A DNA stretch of 64,000 nt, taken from an uncultured Candidatus Micrarchaeota archaeon. Its GTDB lineage: Archaea; Micrarchaeota; Micrarchaeia; Anstonellales; Bilamarchaeaceae. The notes beneath the pieces are model-generated. The model was not told the DNA's origin and did no database searches. It saw only the letters and a list, made by a program, of their open reading frames with translations. The first letter of the stretch is position 1. Each line of letters opens with the position of its first letter. Of the stretch, positions 40,501-47,467 are shown one piece after another. The position numbers and the translations under genes were made by a program. The stretch covers positions 640,001 to 704,000 of the forward strand of contig OY970229.1 in assembly GCA_963714085.1 (NCBI GenBank), written 5' to 3'.

Positions 40501-40902
40501 GATACCGAGGTGCGGATCCACGAGATAGGCGTATACGCGCAGGCAGAAGCCAAAAACACGGGCCCGACCGAGCCGCAGAAAGGGGTGGACATGCTCAACT
40601 CCGCGATAGCGAGTCTCCAAAAGGAGGAACAAGAAAGGAAACCTCCCGAAGCTGCCGAAGCAACGGCCCGGCAGGCAGTCGTACCGGTCAGGACAGGCGG
40701 CGGGGGATCCGAACCGCCATCCAAACCCGAGACCCCGGCCGTCAGCGAACCCGTCAAACCAGAGGCGCCGGAAGAAACGAAGCGGGCCAAACGTGAAGAG
40801 ACAGTGACCCCCAGCGAACCCGTCAAAGTCGAGAAGCCCGAGGAGCGGGAAGCAGAGGAAACCACGAAGCCCAGGAAGAGGGGCGGCAAGAAGGAATCCT
40901 GA
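37501..40902 (+). CDS. Large membrane protein: Cys-rich exodomain, TM, long Gly/Ala/Lys-rich and repeat-containing region
   Basis: Signal peptide, ~200-aa Cys-rich domain, TM, GKNPFGGFDF, internal beta repeats, Pro/Glu tail. Confidence 0.8.
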   Translation: MRTRLLFVALLVLVALMARPIMADCTIPGTDCPACSETNGVPQAQMFLKVNSANESLVGTFFYENISDEANPRPLLVDAPVIVEMYNNTVDKTYRIYTDANGKAVFDFSAYAGACMNFKVMYCPFACTTGPSKSDCGFQNCLNYSGIPCSPGTCLASCTAGSVLDAPNIQAPQTPQCYILLPTMDTASYCPPPPPISSVPAICFPLLLIFAVLGGGLFLSGKNPFGGFDFTTPRTGKHIRYEAKGRGLGVSAPNVVTQKIHETGNKLATAGAKKLAGGAASLMAGGGKKGAAASASVAGHIEMKQAGGQRGGGMVTMAGGRTMATGSPAERFGGFGKVLGLVGYGIKGTVQAISGNTTGAKATFMKSSMISQSVGGIKSMVNTNRAVNKAMANAASANPIVYTPVAWAMLISTLKNAQDVNDGKKTQAGLGSIVSQLMNVKKGKAGAKTTIDNSKTVTVKENPADPNSKNVNKVVYEMTVGGKKVVATLDEASLRLGKFNGTVTVGNKTVNIEEGKVVSGWNELGGKDRNAVTDRVSISEVRQLVDGDKTAKKELEKTGTTTVTLGSGETIKVSVAADKEGKFSASAISDEKGTKGSFTITTSDERVTFVKDGKPTTPIGERLDMTEITGKLRSEGAMSDIAESGKTTIKLESGEKVTVIAADVASLDSGKFSIKTDDDKIVVVDTSKKDPNTGKPDPIVSVGTSITGASDLAATGKELGMPAITATLTAAVTMESRFSSNEYGGAVTVVTNPLGSPDDYTVIRPRDNDDLKGVAFEVVDGKVKTITDNSTGESLKADSTTGIKVGSGAPGYIPDKVAALGASVVQVQMAGQDLANDTMRLEKSLHDIRVTDSVSSANGGAPEEVRDYLSEHPEVHATIIQQAHEDAIETMARKDYPEKADEFRAANQQFEKDRQTMGSEAAYDKDLKPVTEKPFEEFAARSVREETSSQGARYAELVNKPEISEGLSYDEIAKMKADTKPYGAAMAAAAATELQSGARSDTEVRIHEIGVYAQAEAKNTGPTEPQKGVDMLNSAIASLQKEEQERKPPEAAEATARQAVVPVRTGGGGSEPPSKPETPAVSEPVKPEAPEETKRAKREETVTPSEPVKVEKPEEREAEETTKPRKRGGKKES

Positions 40903-41234
40903 TGCTCTCCCATGAAAGCGGCGCCAAAGGCACCAAACCCATCAAGCGCCTCGAGAACCTGCTCACGTTCGGCAACCTCTGGCTCTACATCCTCTCGCTA
41001 ATAAAGAGGAAAGGCAGGGCTTACGCCTACATGCTCGACTCCGGCATCGAGAAGGAGTTCGCGTTCAAGCCTTCCAAGGTCATGGTCTACATAGTGCTCT
41101 ACAAACTCGAGAACGAGGGCCTCATAAAGTCCGAGTTCGAGGAGCGCAGGAAGTACTACAGCATGACGAAGAAGGGCGACGGCACCCTCAAGGCGGCGAG
41201 GCAGTATTTCAAGGTCCTTGCAAGCAAACTGTGA
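40902..41234 (+). CDS. PadR-family transcriptional regulator
   Basis: VY.VL.KLE.EGLI...RKYYSMT.KG; TGATG-coupled to upstream gene. Confidence 0.85.
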   Translation: MLSHESGAKGTKPIKRLENLLTFGNLWLYILSLIKRKGRAYAYMLDSGIEKEFAFKPSKVMVYIVLYKLENEGLIKSEFEERRKYYSMTKKGDGTLKAARQYFKVLASKL

Positions 41235-41240
41235 CCTAAG

Positions 41241-41789
41241 ATGCGGATCATCATAACTGGAACCCCAGGTACCGGCAAGACCAGGATCAGCCGGATGCTC
41301 GCCAAGAGGATGAGGCTCCCGCTCGTCGAGATAAAGGAATTCGTGAACGATAACCGTATCTTCAGGATGGAGAAGGGTGAGAAGACGGTCGATGTAGGAA
41401 AGCTGAGGAGAAAGCTCCTTCCGCGTTTGACCGGCCTCGGGCGGGCAGGCGGCTACGTGGTGGAAGGCCACCTCGCCTGCGAGATGAAGCTGCCTGCGGA
41501 TTTCGTCTTCGTGCTCCGGACCCACCCTAAAAAGCTCAGGCAAAGGCTCGCACCGAGGCGTTATAGCAGGAAGAAAATAGACGAAAACCTCGAAGCCGAG
41601 ATGCTCGATTACTGCGTGCAGAGGGTGGAGTCGGTCTACGGCATAAGACCGCTCGAGCTCGACACCACGGAGCGCACGGCCCTGGTTTCCGCGCAGGTTA
41701 TGCTAAAAGCCGTGAAGGCAAAGAAAAAAAAGCTTGACGCACCAGATTACTCATCGGAACTGGAATCCTTCCTGGGGCTACGATCATGA
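41241..41789 (+). CDS. Adenylate kinase 6 / Fap7-like kinase
   Basis: ITGTPGTGKT, VVEGH, RRYS..KI.EN.EAE. Confidence 0.9.
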   Translation: MRIIITGTPGTGKTRISRMLAKRMRLPLVEIKEFVNDNRIFRMEKGEKTVDVGKLRRKLLPRLTGLGRAGGYVVEGHLACEMKLPADFVFVLRTHPKKLRQRLAPRRYSRKKIDENLEAEMLDYCVQRVESVYGIRPLELDTTERTALVSAQVMLKAVKAKKKKLDAPDYSSELESFLGLRS

Positions 41790-42337
41790 GCGAGAAAGAG
41801 GAAACGAGGATAATCGAGGCTGCTTTGTTCATCTCAGCCAGGCCCATGGCGCTTGAGGAGCTGCGCACGCTCACAGGCATCGGGGCGCTGGGCTATCTGA
41901 GGAAGGTCGTGGAGGACCTGCAGTCCGAATACGCCGGGCGCAACAGCGCCATAGAGATACTGAGCGTTGACGGCAAATACGAGATGCGCGTGCGCCAGGA
42001 CTACGTGGGCAGGGTGAAGCAGTTCGCCCAGGATACGGAGATATCCAAGCCCGCGCTGCGCACGCTGGCCTATATATCCAAGCACGACGGGGTGCTCAAA
42101 TCCGAGATTGCCAGGCGCATCGGCTCGTCCATCTACGAGGATGTACGCGAGCTGGTGGAAGCCGGATTCGTGAAGCCGAAGAAGGCGGGCAGGAGCTCGA
42201 GCCTCTGGCTCACGGACAAGTTCCACAAATATTTCGTCAAGGGCGAGGTCGCCGCCGTAGCCCCCAAGCCGCAGGACGCCGAGGCGCAGACCACGCTTCC
42301 GGCTGCTGCTCCGGAACCAGATGAAACAATGGAATAG
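41786..42337 (+). CDS. scpB: Segregation/condensation protein B
   Basis: IEAALF, LRTLAYI, double wHTH, T.KF..YF. Confidence 0.9.
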   Translation: MSEKEETRIIEAALFISARPMALEELRTLTGIGALGYLRKVVEDLQSEYAGRNSAIEILSVDGKYEMRVRQDYVGRVKQFAQDTEISKPALRTLAYISKHDGVLKSEIARRIGSSIYEDVRELVEAGFVKPKKAGRSSSLWLTDKFHKYFVKGEVAAVAPKPQDAEAQTTLPAAAPEPDETME

Positions 42338-42393
42338 GATGTTTCCGGGAGCGGGTTTTAGCTAAATCAGATGGGCGTTAACCTGGGCGATGC

Positions 42394-43788
42394 CTAGAAC
42401 CCGAGCAGGTCCTTCACCATACCCACCGCATTGCCGCCGGTCTCCTCTTCTTCTTCAGGCTCCTCCTCCTTGGCGGTCTTTTTGCCTTTGGCTTTTTTAG
42501 GTTTTTTCGCGGGTTTCGGCTCAGGCTCTTCCTCTTCTGGTTCCTTCTTGGCCTCCTTCTCCTCTGATTCGTCGCCTAGGCCGATGTCCCAGAAAGGCTT
42601 CCCTTCTTTCTTTTGCTTTTTCCTGGGTTTGGGCTCTGGCTTCTTCTCCTCAGGTTCTTGCTTCTCCTTTTCAGCCGGCTCGCCCTCCCCGGATTCATCG
42701 CCGAAGCCTAGGCCCCAGAACGGCTTGCCTTCCTTCTTCGGCTGTTCCTCGGGCTCTTTCTCTTCATGAGCTTCCTTCTCCTCTTCTGCAGGTTTAGCCG
42801 GGCTCTCCGCGGACTCTCCGCCGAAGCCGAGGTTCCAGAACTGCCTGCCTTCTTTCTTAGGCTTTTCCCTGGGCTTCGCCCCGGAACCGAGCAGCTTGAG
42901 CAGCAGCGCCTCCTGCGCCCACATCCTGTTCTCGGCCTGGTCCCATACCGCGGTGGCGCTCGCGCCGTCCAGCACGGAATCCGTTATCTCCTGGCCCCTG
43001 TGCGCGGGCAGGCAGTGCATCACTATGCAGTCCGGCTTCGCGAGCTTCAACAGCCCGTCGTTCACCTGGTATGGCGTGAGCTTCTCGATGCGCTCGGCCT
43101 GGCTGGCCTCCTCGCCCATGGACACCCAGACGTCGGTGTATATCACGTCGGCGTCCTTGACCGCATGATTCGGGTCGCTCGTGACCTCGACCTTGGCCCC
43201 GGATTTCCATGCGGACTCCAGCGTCTCGCCCTTGGGGAGGTATCCCTTCGGGCCGCAGAGCACCACGTGCATGCCATAGCGCGCGGCTATGTGCATTATC
43301 GAGGTCGCCACGTTGTCCGCCGCGTCCCCTATGAAGACCAGCTTGCCCTTGTCCTTGCCGTGCTCGATTATGGTCTGCATGTCAGCGAGCGCCTGGCAGG
43401 GGTGCTCGAGGTTCGTGAGCGCGTTTATGACCGGGACCGTTGCGTGCTTCGCCAGCTCCTCCAGGTCCGAGTGCTTGGAAAGCCTCGCGGTTATGGCATG
43501 GCAGTAGCGGGAGAGCACGCGCGCGGTGTCGGCCAGGGTCTCGCCCCTGCTGATCTGGGAGCTGTTGAAATCCATGACTATGGACTGGCCGCCGAGGTTA
43601 GCCATCGCGGTCTCGAAGGAGAGCCGCGTGCGTGTGGACGGCTTCTCGTAGAGCGATATTAGGACCTTGCCCCTCAGGTCGTCCCGCGCCCGATCGTTCT
43701 CCTCCTTGAGCTGCATCGCGAGGTCAACTACTTCCCTCATGAAGTCTTCGGGCATGTCCCGCATGGTCAGCACGTTCATAGTAATCAT
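42394..43788 (-). CDS. argF: Ornithine carbamoyltransferase with long acidic repeat-bearing C-terminal extension
   Basis: STRTR, HPCQ, DVWVSMG, HCLP, QAENR; start 43788 or 43779. Confidence 0.92.
   Translation of the reverse strand: MITMNVLTMRDMPEDFMREVVDLAMQLKEENDRARDDLRGKVLISLYEKPSTRTRLSFETAMANLGGQSIVMDFNSSQISRGETLADTARVLSRYCHAITARLSKHSDLEELAKHATVPVINALTNLEHPCQALADMQTIIEHGKDKGKLVFIGDAADNVATSIMHIAARYGMHVVLCGPKGYLPKGETLESAWKSGAKVEVTSDPNHAVKDADVIYTDVWVSMGEEASQAERIEKLTPYQVNDGLLKLAKPDCIVMHCLPAHRGQEITDSVLDGASATAVWDQAENRMWAQEALLLKLLGSGAKPREKPKKEGRQFWNLGFGGESAESPAKPAEEEKEAHEEKEPEEQPKKEGKPFWGLGFGDESGEGEPAEKEKQEPEEKKPEPKPRKKQKKEGKPFWDIGLGDESEEKEAKKEPEEEEPEPKPAKKPKKAKGKKTAKEEEPEEEEETGGNAVGMVKDLLGF
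42565..42857 (-). repeat. Three KKEG(K/R)xFWx(L/I)G(F/L)G(D/G)ES repeats in the ArgF tail
   Basis: KKEGRQFWNLGFGGES / KKEGKPFWGLGFGDES / KKEGKPFWDIGLGDES, separated by E/K/P-rich spacers. Confidence 0.85.
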
Positions 43789-43820
43789 CGTATCCTGGAA
43801 AGCATCATCCCGGCAACCGC

Positions 43821-45119
43821 GTGAACTACCCATGTCTAAAGCCCTGGGCTTCCTGTTTCATTGAAGATACTTGCCAGTTACGTTTATAACCAGTAGAGGT
43901 CTCTTCTCCACAGGCCTTACTTCCCGGCGTCCCGCCGGTAGCTCGTTGGAGTATGTTTATCGCCGCATTGAGGTCCCTGTGCATGGATGCCCCGCACGGG
44001 CAATCGTGCCACCTCTCCGCAAGCGACTTCTTTCGTATAAGACCGCAGTTGCTGCACCTCTGCGAGGTGTGGGCAGGATTCACCAGCACGACTTCGCAAC
44101 CAGCTCCTTCCGCCTTGTAGCTGATCATGCTGACGAACTCCGCCCAGCTGCAGTCCAATACCTCTTTCGCCAGGAAACCCCGCGTCAATCCTTCGTTGTT
44201 CAGCGCTTCCATGGCTATGAGCGAATGATTCTCCACAAGGGCGCGGCTTGCCTTGTGCAGGAAATCCCTTCTTTTGTTCGCGAGCCTCTCATAGGCGATT
44301 GCAACCGCTTTTCTGTTTTTGGCCCTGTTTGAGCTGCCTTTCGTTTTATTCGACATCCTCCGCTGGACGAGCTTAAGCCGTTCCTCTGCCAATCTGAGAT
44401 TCCGCGGATTCTCTATCCTTGAGCCGTCGCTCAGATAGGCGAATGTTTCTATCCCCAAGTCGATTCCGACTGGAGACGCCTTATTTCTCTCCGGCGTCTT
44501 TCTTTCGGATTCGGTCGTGAAAATCGCATACCACTTCCCTGAAGGGGATTTCTTTATGGTAAGGGTTTTGATTCTACCATCCATCTCCCTGTGTTTCCTG
44601 ATTGCCACGCTCCCGATTCCTGACAGCTCCAGCTTGTCTTTGAGCTTGAAGCCGAACTGGGGATAAGTCATGGATTTCACCCGTTCGAATGATTTGAACC
44701 GCGGAAATCCTGCTTTCCTGCGGGCTTTTTTCCTTGCGACCACCCCTTTCAGGGATTTCACAAGCCTGTCTGCGACGTTCTGGGCTACCTGGGAATAAAG
44801 CCCCGTATCCTTTGCCAGAATATAGAGATGCTTTCGAGTCGGGAATTTCTTTGTTTCCTCGTAATATCCCTTCGTGTGATCCAGCAAGGAATTCCAGAGT
44901 GTTTTGCATTCGTAGAACTGACGGTTCAGCAATTTTTCCTGGCTTCTTGAAGGGTATAACCTGTACTTCCAAGCGCGCGTCAGTCTCATAAAGCTTTGCC
45001 GGAAAGGCTGTTTATAAGCGTTTCCCGGGTGCATTTCCGCGGTGCGCACGACGCAGTTGAGCAGATTCGGCCCTTTCATCCCATATTTGAAAATATGGGA
45101 CTTCCCGGGCCTAAGGCAT
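43821..45119 (-). mobile_element. IS200/IS605-family (IS1341-like, tnpB-only) element
   Basis: Right end GAAGCCCAGGGCTTTAGACATGGGTAGTTCAC; left-end hairpin TCCCATATTT-N2-AAATATGGGA (45079-45100) preceded by TTTAA on the - strand; left boundary inferred. Confidence 0.75.
43826..44989 (-). CDS. tnpB: RNA-guided endonuclease TnpB
   Basis: AWKYRLYP HTH, GFPRFK, RuvC GIDLG / IAME / HRDLNAA, Zn finger CSNC..CPC; start trimmed to 44989. Confidence 0.93.
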   Translation of the reverse strand: MRLTRAWKYRLYPSRSQEKLLNRQFYECKTLWNSLLDHTKGYYEETKKFPTRKHLYILAKDTGLYSQVAQNVADRLVKSLKGVVARKKARRKAGFPRFKSFERVKSMTYPQFGFKLKDKLELSGIGSVAIRKHREMDGRIKTLTIKKSPSGKWYAIFTTESERKTPERNKASPVGIDLGIETFAYLSDGSRIENPRNLRLAEERLKLVQRRMSNKTKGSSNRAKNRKAVAIAYERLANKRRDFLHKASRALVENHSLIAMEALNNEGLTRGFLAKEVLDCSWAEFVSMISYKAEGAGCEVVLVNPAHTSQRCSNCGLIRKKSLAERWHDCPCGASMHRDLNAAINILQRATGGTPGSKACGEETSTGYKRNWQVSSMKQEAQGFRHG

Positions 45120-45193
45120 TTAAAAGTCGTCCCCGAACGTTTAAATATGTTTGCGCCCAAATCTCATCTCTACGTAATTCTCACAGAGTTGAT

Positions 45194-45502
45194 ATGATGA
45201 CAAAGGTAAGGATAACTTTGAGCGGCGAGGACCCCAAGGCCCTTGAATCAGTCATAGGCCAGGTCAGGGAGCTCTCTACCGCGCTGCAGATGAAATTCCA
45301 CGGCCCGGTTAGGATGCCGGTCAGGCGCCTCAACATCGCGTGCAGGCGCACGCCCTGCGGAGACGGCTCTGACACCTACGAGATATGGGAGAAGCGCGTC
45401 TCCAAGCGGCTCGTGGACATCGAGGGGGACGAGAAGTACATAAAGCAGATACTCAGGATAAAAGTCCCGACCAACGTGTTCGTGAAGATATCGATATCAT
45501 GA
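45194..45502 (+). CDS. rps10: 30S ribosomal protein uS10
   Basis: VRITLSG, GPVRMP, RRTPCGDGSDTYEIWEKRVSKRLVDI. Confidence 0.9.
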   Translation: MMTKVRITLSGEDPKALESVIGQVRELSTALQMKFHGPVRMPVRRLNIACRRTPCGDGSDTYEIWEKRVSKRLVDIEGDEKYIKQILRIKVPTNVFVKISIS

Positions 45503-45972
45503 AACTCCTTCTGGACGAGATGCTCAAGAAAGCAGTGAAACTGCTGCGTATTTTCGGCATGGACGCGGAGTTCGCGGAAGGCAGGAACGACAACGAGCTC
45601 CTTGAAGCGGCCAGAGACTCCGGCGCTGTGCTGGTCACGCGGGACGCGGAGCTCTATTCAAGATGCCTCAAAGCCGGAGCGAGGGGCTTCTTCGTGAAGA
45701 GCGACGCGATCGAGGAGCAGATAGCCGAGATGAAGAACGGGCTGGCCCTGGAGTTCACTTTCCCGAAGGAGAGCAGGTGCCCGGCGTGCAACACCCCCTT
45801 GGAAGCGGTCCTGCCCGGCCAGGTCGCTGATCTCGTGCAGCCGAATGTGCTCAAGGAGTACGAGAAGTTCTACTTGTGCAGGAAATGCAACAAGGCCTAC
45901 TGGGAAGGGTCGCACTGGAGGAACATAACCAGGATATACGAGAATGCCCAGAGGATAGCGCGCGGCGAGTAG
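45499..45972 (+). CDS. Mut7-C RNase (PIN-like + Zn ribbon) domain protein
   Basis: LLDEML, LVTRD, RCPACN, C..CNKAYWEGSHW. Confidence 0.9.
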   Translation: MKLLLDEMLKKAVKLLRIFGMDAEFAEGRNDNELLEAARDSGAVLVTRDAELYSRCLKAGARGFFVKSDAIEEQIAEMKNGLALEFTFPKESRCPACNTPLEAVLPGQVADLVQPNVLKEYEKFYLCRKCNKAYWEGSHWRNITRIYENAQRIARGE

Positions 45973-46040
45973 ACGTTCCCCACAGCGGGTAGGCGATGAG
46001 TGGGGATTCCCACAGCCAGAACGGCATTCAACGTGATGCT

Positions 46041-46058
46041 CGCCAAAAAATTTATAAA
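46041..46058 (+). promoter_or_regulatory. Strong BRE-TATA promoter
   Basis: CGCCAAAAAA-TTTATAAA, with no long ORF within ~280 nt downstream. Confidence 0.7.
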
Positions 46059-46080
46059 TGTTGGTGAAGTATACCTTCCC

Positions 46081-46330
46081 GCCTCCGAAGGGCTCTGAGG
46101 AGGACATTTCGGTTGTCCTGAAAAGGATGGATACGCTTCAGCCTCTGTCAAGTGATCGGCCATTAATGCGGTGACTGGACTATAACTCACCACACGAAAC
46201 CCCGGCTTGTCATGCTTCCGGCGTTCCGAAAGAGATCACCTCTAGAACGAGCGAATCGGGTTAAGATTGATATTCGCAATCGCTCGGGGAACTCTTTCAC
46301 CGAGTCCAGATAACAGAGCCCCAAGGATTC
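46081..46330 (+). ncRNA. Candidate ~250-nt structured non-coding RNA, unknown class
   Basis: End pairing GGGCTCTG/CAGAGCCC, several internal 6-7 bp complementary blocks, upstream TATA, downstream T tract. Confidence 0.55.
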
Positions 46331-46345
46331 TTTTAGGTGTGTGTG

Positions 46346-46498
46346 ATGGCGAAGAAACAGAAGAAAGCCTCCCGTGTGGTGAAGAAAGCGAAGCCTGGCC
46401 CGAACAGGAAGGGCGGGAGGAGCGCGAGCGGGAAGGACAAGCACTCCAAGGTCAGGAAGCTCATCGCGCTCGCGAAGAAGATGCTGCGCAGGAAGTAA
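46346..46498 (+). CDS. Unannotated 50-aa highly basic protein
   Basis: MAKKQKKASRVVKKAKPGPNRKGGRSASGKDKHSKVRKLIALAKKMLRRK; AGGTG SD; AAG-biased codons like host genes. Confidence 0.65.
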   Translation: MAKKQKKASRVVKKAKPGPNRKGGRSASGKDKHSKVRKLIALAKKMLRRK

Positions 46499-46534
46499 AG
46501 CAAGCTATTTATTAGTGCGCTCCGAATCCCGAAC

Positions 46535-47458
46535 ATGCAGACCAGGGTCCGACGCATAGTGAGTGACATAAAAGCGCTCAAGATACAGGGCGCGAGGAAT
46601 GTCGCCAGGTCAGCCATAGGCGCGCTGATCATCGAAGCCGATGGGTCCAAGGCGAAGAGCCCCGCGGCGCTGGTGCGCGAGATAAGGCTCGCCGGAGACG
46701 CGCTCGCGGCTTCGAGGCCCACCGAGCCCATGATGAGGAACGCGATCGAGGATGCGAACCGGTACCTCGCAGGGGAAGCGAAGAAGAAACAGGCCATCGG
46801 ACGGCTCAAAAGCTCGTTCGCCGCGCGGGAGAACGCACAGCTCGAGCGCATGGTCAGGGAATTCGAGAAGCTCACCGAGTACGGCGCGGGGCTAATCCCG
46901 GACAACGCGGTCGTGCTCACCCACTGCCACTCCTCCACCGTGACCGGGATACTCAAAAGGGCCAAGATGAATAGGACGAGGTTCAGCGTCGTCGCATGCG
47001 AGACCAGGCCCAGGTGGCAGGGAAGGATAACCGCGACCGAGCTCGCCAAGGCTGGCATAGACGTGACGCTCGTGGTGGACGGGGCGGCGAACATGATGAT
47101 GAAGAAGGCGGACCTCTGCCTGGTGGGCGCGGATTCCATCACATCCAAGGGCGACCTGATAAACAAGGTCGGGACCAGCATGATAGCGCACCTGGCGAGG
47201 ATGCACGATGTGTCGTTCTTCTCGGCGGCCGAGCTCTCGAAGTTCAGCCGCTTCACCATGTACGGCGCGCGGGAGCAGATAGAGGAGAGGGACCGCGCCG
47301 AGGTCTGGGACATGCCCGCCCGCGGGGTGAGGATAAGGAACCCTGCCTTCGACGTCACCGCTTCGTCCTACATAAGCGGATACGTGACCGAACTGGGCGT
47401 GATACCGGCCCAGTCGTTTTTCAATGTTGCTGCGCAGAAGCTCGGAATAGACATATGA
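46535..47458 (+). CDS. Ribose-1,5-bisphosphate isomerase (eIF2B-like family)
   Basis: IQGA, RPTEP, THCHSS, ETRP..QG, GADSI, NKVGT, NPAFD; adjacent to AMP phosphorylase. Confidence 0.88.
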   Translation: MQTRVRRIVSDIKALKIQGARNVARSAIGALIIEADGSKAKSPAALVREIRLAGDALAASRPTEPMMRNAIEDANRYLAGEAKKKQAIGRLKSSFAARENAQLERMVREFEKLTEYGAGLIPDNAVVLTHCHSSTVTGILKRAKMNRTRFSVVACETRPRWQGRITATELAKAGIDVTLVVDGAANMMMKKADLCLVGADSITSKGDLINKVGTSMIAHLARMHDVSFFSAAELSKFSRFTMYGAREQIEERDRAEVWDMPARGVRIRNPAFDVTASSYISGYVTELGVIPAQSFFNVAAQKLGIDI

Positions 47459-47467
47459 GGTGTTCAC

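Noticed and set aside
21859..40902. Integrated conjugative element or provirus
   Set aside because: No integrase, relaxase, att repeats, capsid or terminase; flanked by and coupled to housekeeping genes.
45992..46044. GGCGATG...TCGCC with inner GTGGG/CCCAC hairpin as a fluoride riboswitch
   Set aside because: Spacing and the 3' consensus do not fit, and no fluoride exporter follows; short stems may be chance.
46095..46123. Hammerhead ribozyme (CTGAGGA-stem-GAAA)
   Set aside because: An extra T separates the stem from GAAA, and I found no convincing stems I/III with a cleavage triplet.
46081..46330. Assignment as RNase P, SRP or 5S rRNA
   Set aside because: Conserved P4 (GAGGAAnnUCC / ACAGAA..CGGCUUA), SRP helix-8 and 5S signatures were not matched by eye; left unclassified.
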